64,000 nt of DNA from Perna viridis (Eukaryota). A program made the position numbers and the translations under genes. Location: contig CM074515.1 of assembly GCA_037379345.1 (NCBI GenBank), forward strand, positions 43,653,743 through 43,717,742, written 5' to 3'. Under the pieces are notes generated by a model. That model was not told the DNA's origin and did no database searches. It saw only the letters and a list, made by a program, of their open reading frames with translations. Shown one piece after another: positions 47,923 through 62,060 of this stretch; position 1 is the stretch's first letter; each line of letters opens with the position of its first letter.

Positions 47923-50900
47923 GAATTTTCATTATGGTCATAGGTTAGAAATTGAGTGTCTCAGACCTTGAACCATTACATACTGTTAGTATGTCCAAGG
48001 TCTTTCTAAAAGGTACAGCAAAAATTAAGACTAATGTGCTTTAAAAATGACCTTAAATTTTATAATTTATTTTACAGCAGATCCATATTTCTTTCTTTTC
48101 TAAGGGTTAGATACAAGCTGTCTTCATATCCAAGGGGACCTCTTGTTTTCTTGTGTCTGTTTGTCTATTCATCTCAATGTTTAAGCTTCCTATTTTTTAG
48201 TTTATCAGATTGAACTCAATTATGTACTGTGTGCTAGTGTGACTGACCCATTTTTATTATAAGTCAGCACCAAGCTACATATAACCATGTGTCTTGTAGA
48301 ATGCTTTAGTTCCTGATGCCTATTTTCTCAAAAATAAGGAAATTATACTATGACTGATTTTTTCTGATTATTCTGTTTTTTTCTGAATAGATTAGCATTC
48401 CAGTCTGAATGAGCTTTCTCATGTTACTTTATAATTAATCCATTTGGTGTTATTTCTGTCTTTGTTTTACCTTTAAGAAAAGGGGAAGTTTATTTTACTC
48501 CATAAAAAGGGGAAATTCCCTCACACACTATCGAAGTGATCACACTAATAATTCTGCTTTTCTGTGTCTTGTCAGTCTTCCAATCTAAATGAGCATTCTC
48601 ATGTGTAACCCTATGATGCTCTATGGAATCCAGTTGTTGTCATTCATAAATGACTTAATTTTTTCCTTCATAAAAAGGGGGCTTTCCTGACACCTATTGA
48701 AGTGATCACACTGATAATTTCTGTTTCTCTCCCACTATCAGCTTGAGGATTTACAGTTGAGTGAAAGCTGTCTATCAATGAGTAGATAAGTTTCTGACAA
48801 ATGTTGGCTTTATCTTTTCCATTACTGTTTATTGGGCTTGAGAGACACATTAATGTACCCTTGTTGCTAATAATATCTTGTAATATAGAAGGGTTAAGTG
48901 ATATGAAGTTGTTATAAGGAACTTTGGTGAAGCTGAACAAAATTTTTGTTTTTGAATTTTTAAATAAGTTTTGAGGTGATATAATGGTGTGGTACTGTTG
49001 TCCATGTCTGTAAACAATTGGCTTTTGTATATAAACAATAGTAGTTAATGGACCTTGACGAGTAGATCTTGTTAAAAAAAATGAACATGGTTGCATACAA
49101 CAAAATAAAGGTTGGTATTGATTTTGGGTTATAAGCTTCCACTGTTTAGGAATCCGGAAGCAAAACTTTTGAATGTTGTGTCCATACTTGTATGTCCCAG
49201 CTATACAGGGTACCATCTTTGCTGTCATGTCAAGCTGTAGGGTATTTTATTGTGAGTTGTCATGAGGGGTTATTACAAAATTACTGAACTGATAAAATCC
49301 AGGCAATGGACTGATTCAGAAGCTGTATTGTATTTTGGGATTTCCATTGTATATGACTTTCCTCATTGGTCAAAACGAATTTTATGAGAATGTTGTGACA
49401 ATGCAGCATTTAATTTCTGAATTAGTCCATTAGCCAAAGGATTTGGAATGGTCGAAAAGGATTGTTGGAAACATCTGCAAAGATCCTGACATGGTAAAGG
49501 ATATTTAGGAAAAGAAACATTCAATTCAAGGAACTATATTTTGGCGAAAAAATTTAATATCAATTCTCATGTAATGTACTTTCATCAGAAAATTGAATTG
49601 CCTTGGTATAATTAAGGTTGTGAATATAGCAAAGATTACATATGTATAGTTATGCAATGCCATGTTTTTTTCCTTTTTTTTTAAATGAAGTTGTAAAGTA
49701 TTAAATCAGCTGATTTGGCTATATTAAGTAAAGCCTTGTTTGTTATATTTCCATAGATAGTCTGAAGGATTGGTTTTACAAACAAATTAATTTGGCATTA
49801 TGTAATGTATTAAAATATTCAATATCTGATGCATTGTGAAGATATTATTCCATGCTTTTGATGACACTACTCCCATTGGTATTATAGAGTCTAGTGGTGT
49901 AGCTGTTTCAGATTGAATCAAATGGTAAATTGTGTCTGTGATGTTCCCTAAAGAAATGATATTGCCAGTGTGCAGACAATTAAATCCTGCAATAAATCTT
50001 GCAATTTGATTGGGTAATCTGACAGGGGAAATATCAAAGTAATCCAGCAAACACATGCCCTATTCCATCCCTAATAAAAATTTTATGAGAAAATGTAGAG
50101 ATTGAAATCAGTGAAATTTCTATACAACAATGAGCAGTCTGAAAATATGCACTGTCTGTATTTCTAACTGTAGAATGACATTACTTGTATCCAGATTGAG
50201 TTCTAGCTGCATGTAACTTGGGTATAGTAACCAGGGCAGAATTTCACTATGATTCTCATTAGAAAAATACTCAATAAACCTACTGCATTCTGCTTTGATG
50301 TACAATTTGATGGAATTTGTTTAGAGTCTTTTTGTTTTCATTTCTATAAATTATGTAAAAAAAAAAGGGTTGACGCTTACTGAAGCCACCTGAAAACTGG
50401 CAGGGCCCCCATGTCCTCTCAGAACACTTTGTCTGGAAGATACTGCCTTTCAGTGTATCAAAATGTAATTGTATCATATTCAACCTATAAGTTCAGAACC
50501 CCAATGTCGATTCGTTACCGAGAAAAAAATCTGATTTTATAGAAGCTAATCAACCAAGATGGTTAAAAGTAGCTGATTAGAGTCAGAATTATCATGAAAC
50601 ATCTTACTGAAAATTAATTTGCTTCCTTTACCAGTCAGTGCCAGTTCTAAAGTTTCAATAGATTATTTGCATAAGAACATGCTCTTCATCAGGATAAGCA
50701 GCTTTGTCTGTGTTATAAGCCTGACACTTTTATGATATATTCGTGTTGAAAGGACTAAAAGGTCCACTACTCTATAGTAATGAAAATTTTTTTTCCTGTC
50801 AAACGAAAAAAAATGTATGTACAAGTAACGTTTCATAATCCCACAAATTTTTCATACGGAAAGGCAACGAAAGTCATTAGATGCCAAAATCAATATATTT

Positions 50901-51955
50901 TCTAAGCTTTCTGATTTTTTCTTTTGTTCCCTCTGCAACTTATAATAGATAATTTCCTATTGGTAATCTGATAGGCAAATAGGTCTTGTCAACAATTTCA
51001 TATTTGGTAAGATTGGGTAAGGTTAAACAATATACCAGTAGCCATTTTAGGTTTTGCCTGTTATTTTATCTTAATTAGGTTACAAACTGTAGTCTGATCC
51101 AAGAGTTTTTGTAATCCCAGATTAAATGGTTTACTGAAAACCAACTTATCATCGCGTTTCAGGATATCATTTAATTTCCTTTCTTTCTATTTACATTGCA
51201 AACACTCCATCTAACATAATCTACATAGGAAAGGGACTAAATTGCTGCGATTTATTTTTCATAATTTTTTATTGCCTTCAAAATTGGAAGAAATAAGTTG
51301 GTTTACAGGAGTTAAATTGTTTGGTTAAACGTGGTGTAATGATGACATTGAAAGGTCAACAAAAATATTTTTTGCAGAACTAAAAGGTTGTTGAAGTCAG
51401 GGATCCACTTCGATACCTATCTTAGAAATCTTTCACATTATCATATTTAGATTTCCATAAGGCAAATAGTATCATTAATTCAAGGTTAAAGTTTAAATGT
51501 CAATGCCAAATGATCATTAACAGTTTCTATAGAGCTTTGATTATTTTCAATTTTTCTTTAAAAAAAATATGTCTGCAGTTTTGCAAACTGGGGAAAAACA
51601 TAGTCTCTCTTAATTAGTTTATAATTAGAATTTCTGTGCCTTTTCAAAATTGATGTTAACCTGATTCTCTTCAGAAGTACATGTAATTTAAAATTGGTCT
51701 TTTTGCTAGGAGAGATACAAGTAATTATTTCACTGAGATGAAAGACAGTGGAACATCACCGTTAGCTGTACTAAAGTGCAGTGTTGGTATTCAGATACTA
51801 TTCTCACGTGGGCACTCGGAAGTTAATCTTCTGTTCCTATTAAATATCACAGAAAAACTATGGCTGACAGCAAAACACTGATTGAATGTCTTCATTGATG
51901 GCTTTTAAACAAACCATTAATGACTTCTGTATAGTAAAATCTCTCATGAAACAGG

Positions 51956-52100
51956 TAAAGTAAAACCAGTTTAAACTGAACCACTTTTACACTTAAAATT
52001 GGTTCTGTATAGACAGGTGTTTTGGTTTATCAAGGTTCAAAATTAAAGCGACTTTAAAAAGTGTCTGATTTAGACAGATTTTCCAGGGTTCTGTATTGTA
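51956..52100 (-). mobile_element. CAGT-start MITE family copy, shortened
   Basis: AGTAAAACCAGTTTAAACTGAACCACTTTT...TAGACAG...ATTGTA, similar to the 29387 copy. Confidence 0.65.
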
Positions 52101-52436
52101 TATTGTAGACGCTGTGGACTTTTGTTTAGTATACAGACTGGGCTCAAAATTTTGTCATTTTTTTTTAATATGTATTTTTTTCAGTCTTTAAGGTACTTAG
52201 TATGCTGCACTGAAGTCTGTGGTTTATCATTACTAATAAAACTGAAAATTAAATTAATTATGGGGAAATACTTTAAAAGTTTTCAAGTAAGAAAACCAAA
52301 TGATTTAAAAAATCATTTTCAGTTCTTTAGACACATAAGAGGGAATTGGATTGTGTCTTGTTTTAATCTTTTTTTTTCATTTGCTTTTTTTTGGGGGTGC
52401 GGTATTTTTTATTGCGTCTTGCTAAATCAGCTAAAC

Positions 52437-52618
52437 TATAATGCAACCTGTCTAAACTGAACCCTAAAAAATCCAAAGACCTGTCTAAACCAGACACATT
52501 TTTTTAAGTCTTTTATATCAGTTTAAATGTACTTTAAACCATTGTAAACTGAATACCTGTCTAAAATGAACCAATTTTAAAGTCCAAAACTGGTTTGGTT
52601 AAAACAGGTTTCTCAGTA
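52437..52618 (+). mobile_element. CAGT-start MITE family copy
   Basis: AACCTGTCTAAACTGAACC...CCTGTCTAAACCAGACAC...GGTTAAAACAGGTTTCTCAGTA, similar to the 28496 copy. Confidence 0.7.
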
Positions 52619-52634
52619 ATAAGCCTACAGCAAT

Positions 52635-52856
52635 CAAAAGACAGTTTCAAAATGAAGAGGATGCTAACTCTACAGTTGCACCTGCACATTCTCCCAGTTT
52701 TTGGTGGTGTCCGAGTTGCTCATTTACTTTTGTTTTTTTGTATGTATTTTTTTTATTATTTTATGTTCTTTGTTGTGTGTGTCTGTTTTCTCTGTCTGGT
52801 CTTTGTCCCTGGATTACATGATTTTGATTTCCACTAGAATCTTGGTTCCCTTGATT
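52635..52856 (+). mobile_element. Penelope-like 3'-end copy, diverged
   Basis: AGAGGATGCTAACTCTACAGTTGCACCTG...GTCCGAGTTGCTCATT...GGTTCCCTTGATTA. Confidence 0.8.
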
Positions 52857-53867
52857 AATATTTTAAGTTCATTCCTAGTTCTGTGTAATCAGGTTTCTCT
52901 GTGTTGACAAGTGGTAGTAGTCTATTCTAACAATTCTAGTTGCTATTTGAGAGATGAAAGGCCAATTTTTGAAAGGGCACTTTAGTTTGCTTCTGTTGTC
53001 AAATTCTTACCTTGTGCCTTTCTAAAAGAATAATTTTCACACTGAATTAGTTTTGAAGTACAAAGCAGAAAAAACAGCTTCTTCATCAGTGTCGTTGGAA
53101 TGTGTACTTTGATCTCCTTTTTTAGCTCTGTTGATGAAGCTTCTTGTGGGGGTGGGGTACTGGTCATGGGCAGATCGGAGGGGATGTAAGTAGAATTAAA
53201 GGCAAAGATAGGTGAAGCAAGTTAACTTTTTTGGAATAGTATTTGTGAAGTGCCCCCATGCTTTATCTGTATTCTTAATGCTTAAAGTGGCAAACTTTAA
53301 CATACCATTAAAGCAAGCAGTTGTACTTTCTGTCTGTGGTTAATGTACTTAATGTAGCTCTGTAAAGATGTTTTTTTTCTTGATTTCTGCTCTTCAATGA
53401 ATGAATCATGTCATAGATCAATGGAACTGCTGTTTTTCTCAGTTGCTATTTTAAGGGTGGAGAAAGAAGGCAATGCTATATACATACATTACAATATAGT
53501 TGTGATGTTAGGAATCTTTGATGGGTGAAATTGAGCGTGATGCAGCCTGTCTGCATGTCAATTAGGATCCTTCATTAATTTGTCATGTACAGTCATGTAC
53601 ATAGAGAAAAAACAACATTATATCATATGTATCACCAACCTCAATTATGTTTTCTAACCCAAAAAATGCTATGCTTCATTTCACATAAACTTTAATCAAA
53701 GTTGTTGTGCATAATTGCTATGTTAGCAGCTAAATGTGCATTATTTTATTCAATATTTAACCCATCAAGATCATATTTAACAAATATCTTGCTTTAAGTT
53801 ATTCTTAATGGTAATTTTTGTAAATGACTGCAGTTATTGATGTTTCAATTATCGAGTTAAGTTAAAA

Positions 53868-54053
53868 GATTTATTCTACATACATGTATCAAAGAACCGA
53901 TTTATTCTACATACATGTATCAAAGAATCAATTTATTCTACATACATGTATCAAAGAACCGATTTATTCTACATACATGTATCAAAGAATCGATTTATTC
54001 TATATACATGTATCAAAGAACCGATTTATTCTACATACATGTATCAAAGAACC
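53868..54053. repeat. 31-bp minisatellite, 6 copies
   Basis: Unit GATTTATTCTACATACATGTATCAAAGAA(C/T)C. Confidence 0.95.
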
Positions 54054-54104
54054 ATTGAATGTCTGGAAACATAGTAGTATAACTAACTGAATTCTTAACA
54101 GTGG

Positions 54105-54330
54105 CAGATTCAAGGGAATGTTTGTATTAGTTATTACACTGTCTGTCGGTCCGTCTGTCTGTTTGTCAATCCCTCATTTTAATCCACTACTTCTCACAAA
54201 CCACTGAATGGAATATGATGAAACTTTCACACATTCTTTATCACTTGATGCCATTAATTTTCCATCTTAATTACTTATTGGGTTTCCTATAAGGTGTCTA
54301 GGGGGAGAAGGGATATAGCTCACAGTTATT
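54105..54330 (+). mobile_element. Degenerate HINE-like element
   Basis: (TCTG/TCCG)n, GATGAAACTTTCACACATTCTT..TCAC (also at ~36432) and terminal AGCTCACAGTT. Confidence 0.5.
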
Positions 54331-55721
54331 TAGTTTAGTCTGAAATAATTTCTGTACTTTGCAATATATAAATTGACATGTCAGTACTTGATGGTATTGC
54401 TTTTCTAATATTTCATCCAACAAATTCGGTTTTTATATCAATTATTCTCTATACCAATCTCTGAGGTTTCATATTTCATATTTGATCTATGAGTTTAATG
54501 TCTGTCTGTCTGTACGCTATAAATCAATGTGGTTGGTTTTTTTTTTTTTAACTGTCCATGGGTTTGATATATGAAACGATAGGACTAGACAATGTTCTGA
54601 TCAACAGGAAAGATGAAGAACTAGTAGGACAGTCAAATAATATTGTTGTTTACAGAATAAGGAAAATCTTGTCTGATTAACACCCCATTAATATAATTTT
54701 AGTCTATTTTAGAGGTGTCTGTGTAAGGTTACTTTCAAACCAGGAAGGTAATGGAAAAATATTTCTGTAAGATTTAGTGCATACAAGTAAAATGGCTTCA
54801 CCATAAATTTTGATTAAGTAGGATTGCCAACCAAGAATTCAAACTGTCTGAAAAATTAGTCATTTTTGTTCCAATAATATTCTAGAACTCTAAATACTAA
54901 CTTAACAATTTTTATATGCAACAAAATTGATATCCAAAATTAAAAGTTCTATTTTTTATGAGGCTTAAATGAATTGGGTTACCAAGTTACAATCATGATA
55001 AACTCACAGTTTATACTGTCATAAGGCCAAAAAAAACTATATATCTGTTTAAGGTGACATTTGATAAAAAAAAAAAAATAGGGTAGATAGGTCAAATCAT
55101 TTTATTTTTTGTTAAATTTCTTCGTTTTTTTTTTTAAATTTATTTATGTAGACACTTATGGGAGGATTTTTGGATTTAATAGTGTTTAACTAAAATTGAC
55201 AGTTTAGCAGCATTTCATGAGCATGAAAATTGTGACTTTATTCAGACCCAAAATAAGGGTTTGGAAAATCACTGATTGGTTGGTTTCTTCCATATTGCTT
55301 CTTCAAATATACCAGTATTTCTCATACAATTATCATTATAAACTTTGATAAATTACATACAATGACTTCTGCATTTACATTATTCAGGAAATTTCAAATT
55401 TATCCATTTTTCACTTGAACTCTGCAGCACTGTTTGTTATATGCCTACATTTTATTGTGACATAATATTTACATTTAAGCTGATTATTAATGGAACATGT
55501 CATTGTTTCAACCTACCAAAACTTTAAGTACAAGACAAGAAGTTTAGTGGGACCACCAGTAAATACATGACAGTTGTTACATCATATACTCAAATGAAAA
55601 AGGAAGGCATCATTGTCAGAATTTTGAAAGGCTGTTGTATTAAGTTTTATTGACCAGAAATTAACTTAAAGTGTCAGTCTGACTCAGTCAAGTACAAATT
55701 GGGTTTTAGTGAACTTGAAAT

Positions 55722-56127
55722 TTTAGTATCAGTCTTTGTATGAATCATGCAAATTCTGTAGTATGTGATACACCCCAAAGAAGGCTACATATTTTTATTT
55801 TTGATAATAAGTTGCTTTATTGGTCCATATAATGAGGAGTATAATTATTTATTCAATTATCTGTCTGTTCTGAGGAGATAATTCACATTGAATATCTTAC
55901 AGTTTCTTTTGTATTTCAGTGTCATTTACAGAGTTGTCTCCCTTATTTTTGAATTCTACAGTACATTCCATATAATTTTTATCTCTGCAGAATAAGGGTT
56001 ATATGAAAAACCACACATTACTTTCTGTTTATTATAACATTTTGTACAAAATATCCAAAATAAAATTACGTAGGCTTTCCAAATATAAATCAAATTTTGC
56101 ATGATTCTTATACAGAGTGCTACTTAA
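55722..56127 (-). mobile_element. TTAA-flanked element, family A copy 2
   Basis: GAATCATGCAAA..TGTGATACACCCCAAA and TTTACAGAGTTGTCTCCCTTA are reverse complements of segments in 32161-32545. Confidence 0.72.
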
Positions 56128-56726
56128 TTGCAGTCTTGAATATCTTGATGCATAAGAAATCACAATAAAACATGGGCAAGTCCGCTTTTTTTTATAGCAA
56201 AACTAATTAGGGCAAAACATCAGCAACGCCTTATATAAACATGAATGGCTGGAAATCATTCTGTCTGGTCCTGAAGTGACATATTTTGGAAATGACATAT
56301 TCAGTTAAAAAGTGATATAGTTTGAACTTATAAAGCTGATGCACTGTTAGCTATAAAAACATAACTTGTAGGTCCTTAGTAATTTCTTTGTGGTATGGTT
56401 GACCAAAGAGCTCTTTATCACAAACAAATTTCAAAGGACTTATGACCTACGATTTTTCAGCTAATGCACAGTGTGTGTTATAGGAAGTCTTACATATTTC
56501 CATTGGTCAAGACATCAGCAATATTACAATATAGCAGTGCATTATCAACAGTCAAAGGTTATTTGGGAACAAATATTCCTGTCCTTCATAAGCATAGCCT
56601 AAAATCATAATATTTATTTACAAATATGAAACTGGTTTCATTGGCTCTTATTCTCAAGGTTTCTTTTCATTTTTTAGAAGTGGGATAGTTTTGCAACCAC
56701 AAAAATTGATTGGAGATTGTGTATCA

Positions 56727-56915
56727 TTATTCCCCCACTAAATTAGTGGGTGGTATATTGTAATCACCACATCTGTCAGTCCGTCATTCTGTCTGTCTGT
56801 CCCAATTCTTTTGCCGTTATTTTCGCACCTGATTGATAGATTGATTTCAAATTTGGTGTGATGCTTTATATCAATGGGCCGTACATTGGAAGCAATTTTG
56901 GTTGCTGTCTGATAT
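56727..56915 (+). mobile_element. HINE-like 5' fragment
   Basis: CCCACTAAATTAGTGGG palindrome, (TCTG)n and GATAGATTGATTTCAAATTTGGTGTG shared with ~44680. Confidence 0.55.
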
Positions 56916-57266
56916 CAATGTGGGGAAAAACCTAGCATGCAACTTCATGTTATCTCAGTTTTTAACTTAACAATAATGTAGTGGATATTTTTTGCCAGTG
57001 AGTATAGAAATAATTGGGTCGGTAACTTCTTAGAAGTGCAATTCAATTATCCATTATTTCAAAGCAGAAAAAAGTACTATGATTGGTTTTATTTATCAAT
57101 GACAGTGATGTTTACAGTTTTAAGAAATAAAGATTATATTTTGATGGAAACCATTAGGTAAATTATACCAAGTATTTTTTTTAAACTGAACAGTCTTGCT
57201 TTGAAATGTGATACTATTTTTGCTTCGAACAAAGTGGATATAAGCTTTTTGTCTCCAGCTTGAGTT

Positions 57267-57606
57267 AACCGCCTCGGTGGTCTCGGGATAAACTGCTTAT
57301 CCCTAGTGCTGACGGTAATGGGTTAAAACCTTAGCCAAGTTAAACCAAAGACTTTTAAATTGGTGGCAGGTAACTGCTTATCTGACTTACCTACCAGTAT
57401 TTAAGGGACTGTTTTGCTCAGAGTCAGAATAATGTGACCAAGTTGGTTGGCATGCCTACCTGCTGTCTGTTGCTTCTTTGAACTAATTTGCACAATAAAG
57501 AGTGTCGGTCTGTTACTTAGCAGGGTCTGTTTGATTGGTCAATCGTTTTAATCCTGAAATGCATGAAATAAATGATAAGATTTTAAACCATAATCAATCA
57601 ATCAAT
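57267..57606 (+). mobile_element. tRNA-derived SINE (Meta-domain-like), near full length
   Basis: AACCGCCTCGGTGGTC head, degenerate B-box GGGTTAAAACC, CCAAAGACTTTTAAATTGGT core and TTAAACCAT(AATC)n tail. Confidence 0.75.
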
Positions 57607-57913
57607 TTTCTGCTTAAGTCTTTTAAATTGATATAAACCGTAAATGGTTTATGTTATGACCCAATGTCATTATATGTAGATTTACATTAAAAAAAACAAT
57701 TACATGAGTGGTTGAAGTGATCCAGAACTTGTAGATATTTCATGGTGTTCATGGTACAGATGAATTGTCCTTGTTTGCAGTACCTCTTCTTTTTTTGCAT
57801 TTCAAATTTGTACATTTGATTGTTTTATGTTTTTTCTAGACAAAATTTGGTGGGCTTCGGAACACTTATATCAACATTCTTTTCAAAAGGCAATTTATGG
57901 ACAACACAGTGTT

Positions 57914-58100
57914 CAACATATATTTTGGTTATTTCTTTTCAAGAGGTACATTGTACTTGTAATTTCTGAACACTTAAAATCTTAAACATATATTTTGGTT
58001 ATTTCTTTTCAAGAGGTACATTGTACATGTAATTTCTGAACACTTAAAATCTTCAACATATATTTTGGTTATTTCTTTTCAAAAGGCAATTTCTGAACAC
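57914..58100. repeat. 70-bp tandem repeat, ~2.5 copies
   Basis: AACATATATTTTGGTTATTTCTTTTCAA at ~57915, 57985 and 58055. Confidence 0.9.
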
Positions 58101-58735
58101 AAAGTGGTGGCCTGGGCAACTCAGTCTTCCAGATAATTTATTGATATTTCGTTTGAAGAGTCAATTTCGGAACATAATGTGAACTGGGCAACACTGTTGA
58201 ATTATTTTTAGAGGCAATACCCTTTGGATTTGTAGTCATGTTAAAGTACAGCATTTTCTGAAATGTAGAAACATAAATATTTTTAAATATACAAGCATTT
58301 AAAGTCCTCCCATTGCTATATTATGTCATTTATCTGTTTCTGATGTGTTTACAAGTTGTTTGAATTTTTTCCACATCAACTTTTACATTAGCTAATTTTT
58401 AATGTTTCCAACCTAAAAAAATCTGTTTGAAGTGCCATCTCCATTTTGACATGATTATCTAAAATACTAGAAACTGCATGAAATTGAATGTTTTTCATTC
58501 TATTTTTTAATACAACTGTGGAATATGACCTGAAAATATTTTGTATTCATTAGAGACACTAATTTGATTAAGACATCACTTTAACATTAAGTAATCTCCC
58601 ACTTGTATTATTTATTTGTGTAGTGTCTTGCCATTGAAGTGTAATACATGAGGCTCTAGAGGAGTACCTGTTACTTAATCTATATATTCGTCTTGCTCAA
58701 TGAAGTTGTGATGGAAATTTTAATATTATTCGTTA

Positions 58736-58906
58736 AGGAATAATTAAGAGAACCAAGGTTCTAGCGGAAATCAAAATATGTAATCCAGGGACAAAGACCA
58801 GACATGGAAAACAGACATACACAACAAAGAATATTAAGTAACTAAAATAATACAAAGTAACAAAGGCAAATGAGCAACTCGGACTCCACTAAAAACTGGG
58901 AGCATG
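58736..58906 (-). mobile_element. Penelope-like 3'-end copy
   Basis: GAACCAAGG...CCAGGGACAAAGACCAGACATGGAAAACAGAC...ATGAGCAACTCGGACTCCACTAAAAACTGGGAGCATGG. Confidence 0.87.
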
Positions 58907-59975
58907 GTAAGCTGATATATGTATGAATTATATTTAATTGCATGTACTTTCCAAGTTTTTATAGCAACTACATAATTGACCTGTCCAGGGAACAAATATT
59001 TGGATTTTTATGGTCTATGTTTTTCCTTTGTGTGCATAATTGGCTCTTTTTTTAAAAAGGGATGACTTGAAAATTTGTAATAATGAGAAATAATCCCTCT
59101 TTACAGATCCTTATAGGGAATACAATTTGATGAATTAAGGGACAAATATATAACATTGAATGGCCCAGAGTTAGTGCAAATTATTCCTTCTCTTCTGGAA
59201 ACTCCAGATGTCCCAAACGCAAGTTTTGAACCCATTGCAGGCCTCATTTATAAATAAAATACCTGATAATAATAATTCTGCTATAAAAACAATTTTAGTT
59301 CATTATTATTGTTATACAGTATTTGTTGAAACAGATGTATCCTTGTTTGTCTTCATTTAACAGTAGTCATAATAAAATATAGGGTTGAGAAAGGAGAAAA
59401 AGTACAGAGTTATTAATAGTCTATGTGGCCTTGTCCTTGCTATATTTAAGTTACCTGTGCTGGCAAATAAAATGCATGTGAGAAATATGTGTTATTAAAC
59501 TTCTTTCACCCTTGTTATAAGTATTTGCAGAAAAAAGTTTTCATTTAGCAGGACAAGGATGGGGCTTGACAAAAATGTCAAGTACACAAATACAACTTGG
59601 TTTATTCAACACCCTGTTTTGGTTGTATATAAAGACGATAATTGTAAGATAAAAAATATTATAGATCAGTTTAAAGGGTTTATCTTATAGGTAGATGTAA
59701 ACACTTTTGATTTTAAAATGCATGAATTGAGTGGAGTGTCTATGCTTAGATGGATCAAGATCGATCATATACCTATAATTAACTATAAACTGTGGTTATA
59801 CATGCACTTTGTCACCAAATCAAACTTGCCAACGGGAACTATATTTTAACAGAAGACCTTTACCTATTTACTGGATGCACGATATAATACAGGCCCGTAG
59901 CCAGAACTTTTTTTTGAGGGGGAAATGTTTGAATGGAATTTTTCAGACTTTTATATTGCTCAACCTATAAAGCTC

Positions 59976-61239
59976 TTTTTAGCTCACCTGGCTCAAAGGC
60001 CATGTGAGCTATTTGCATAACTATGTGTCCGTTGTCCATCGTCATCATCCATGAACTTTTTCAAACATCTTTTCCTGATATTACTTGTTAGAATGTAAGT
60101 AAACTTTGCAGGAAAGAATGTAAGTAAACTTTGCAGGAAAGAATGTAAATAAACTTTGCAGGAATACTCCTTAGTGTATTTTTAATAACCCTTGTGGGGA
60201 TTTTTAATCTGGCAAAAAAAACATGGCCATTATTACTAAAAATAGACCATAGGGGTCAAATTGCAGAATTCTAGAAATAACTCAATAAGAGTTACATTTA
60301 GCTAAAATCTTTTGGAGGCTAAAATTGTTCAGCATGATGGGATGCACCTACAACAAAATTTCAAGAAAGATACAATGACAAATGGATGAGTTATGGGTCC
60401 TGAAAAAGGATTTTTTCCCTGAATTTTACAATTTTAATTTTGAAAATCTTCTCCTCTGAAACTACAGGATGGATTGAAACAAAACTTAGCATGAATGTTA
60501 TTTAGAACATCTTTAACAATCTGTATGTGGGGATTTTTGATCTTGCACAAAATACTGCGGCATTTACTAAAAATAGACCATAGTGGTCAAATTGCAGAAA
60601 TTTGCACATAACTCTGAAACAGTTGAAATCTGGGAGGTAGTAAAATTGTTCAGCATGATGAGTTGGGCCTATGCTGAAATTTTCAGAAAGATCCATTGAC
60701 GGATGAATGAATTATGGCTTTCGAAAATGGATTTTTTCCCAGAACTTTTGTATTTCCAGCTTTGATAATCATCTCCTCGTAAACTACATGTGTACTGGAT
60801 AGATTATAACCATATTTGGCATGAATGTACCCTTAACATTCTATGTGTTGGGATTTTTTATCTGGCAAAAACCACTGCCAATATTACTAAAAATATATCA
60901 TAGGGGTCAAATTGAAGATGTTTGGAAATAACTCATAAATAAATGGATGGAGCTTGAATTCTGACAGGGTAAAATTGATCAGAATGGTGAGACCAATCTG
61001 TGCTGAAATTTTCATAAAGGTTGACCAATGTCAGAGGTATTGCCCTTGAAGAGTCAAAAAATGACTATGAGAGATTTATTTTATAATATGAAAACCTTGT
61101 AGATAACTAAGGTGTTCTCCATTGATTAAACGATTCTTGTGACAATAGTACAGTACGGTCAAGTCAGTCCAGCTGTAGAAAGCTAAAAAGACTATTTTTG
61201 ACCAGATGAGTAATTCATGCTCTCTATAGTAACTAGTTT
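59976..61239 (+). mobile_element. Helentron-associated (HINE/pearl-like) element with an internal satellite-like array
   Basis: TTTTTAGCTCACCTGG..GTGAGCT head, (GTCC/GTC) microsatellite, ~3 units of ~325 bp (GGGATTTTT.ATCT.GCA at ~60197, 60530 and 60850), a 25-bp x3 repeat at 60090-60163, and 3' CCAGATGAG. Confidence 0.8.
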
Positions 61240-62060
61240 AACTGCCTATAACTTTTTTGTGCTTCGAGGGTAGAGGGGGATTGGTTCAAGGACTGTACAT
61301 AAGTGTCAACAATGTACAATTGATCGTGGAGTCATTTACTGACTTGTATTGGATTTTTAATATAGTTCGATTTGGTTTTGAAAATTTGAAAATGTACAGG
61401 TGTTGTTTGTGGGCTAACGAAAGGTAGTTCTTGACCAACCCTATTTAAACCCTTGTAGAATAATTACCACAGCAATGCAGGTCAAGTAATTTTAAAAGTA
61501 CATGTTCAGTCATTTATTTTGTTTAAAACTTCCCATTCTATGGTCTGTGGAGGGATGGGGGGATGGGGATTTTGTATCTGCCATTTTCAATATGTAATTT
61601 TTTTTTAAAACTTTTTTAAGGTATTTTGTTCTAACCATTATATAAAATTCACAAAGAAATCAAAATTTGTATTGACAAAAGCAAGTTAACTTCTGAAAAA
61701 AGAAATATGTCTGTAGCTGAAACAAGAAAACAAGGAAAGGTTATAACAAATTAAAGAAGATATTTTATCCATTAAAACAATGATAATTTACTAAACCAAG
61801 GAAGCTGATATCAAGTTCTGAAACTGCTTGAACAGTAATAAAACATAAAAAAACCATACACCTTGATATGTGAGTTAAACTTTTATATTTTTTTCCAAAG
61901 ATGACATTTACGACATACTGTAATGTGGGTAATTTTCACAGGGATTTACTTTTTCCGTGTATCTGCAAGATGATGGGTAATGTTGAAATATATTCTTGCA
62001 GTCCTTAAAAACCGATTGCACTAAGTTTCAAAACGTGAAAACTTCTGTCCACTTAGGGTT

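Noticed and set aside
48668-49228. 186-aa minus-strand ORF as a nested gene, with nearby ~65-bp related segments at ~48500 and ~48668
   Set aside because: I see no recognisable domain or splice structure. A homology search would be needed, and it may be an old repeat relic.
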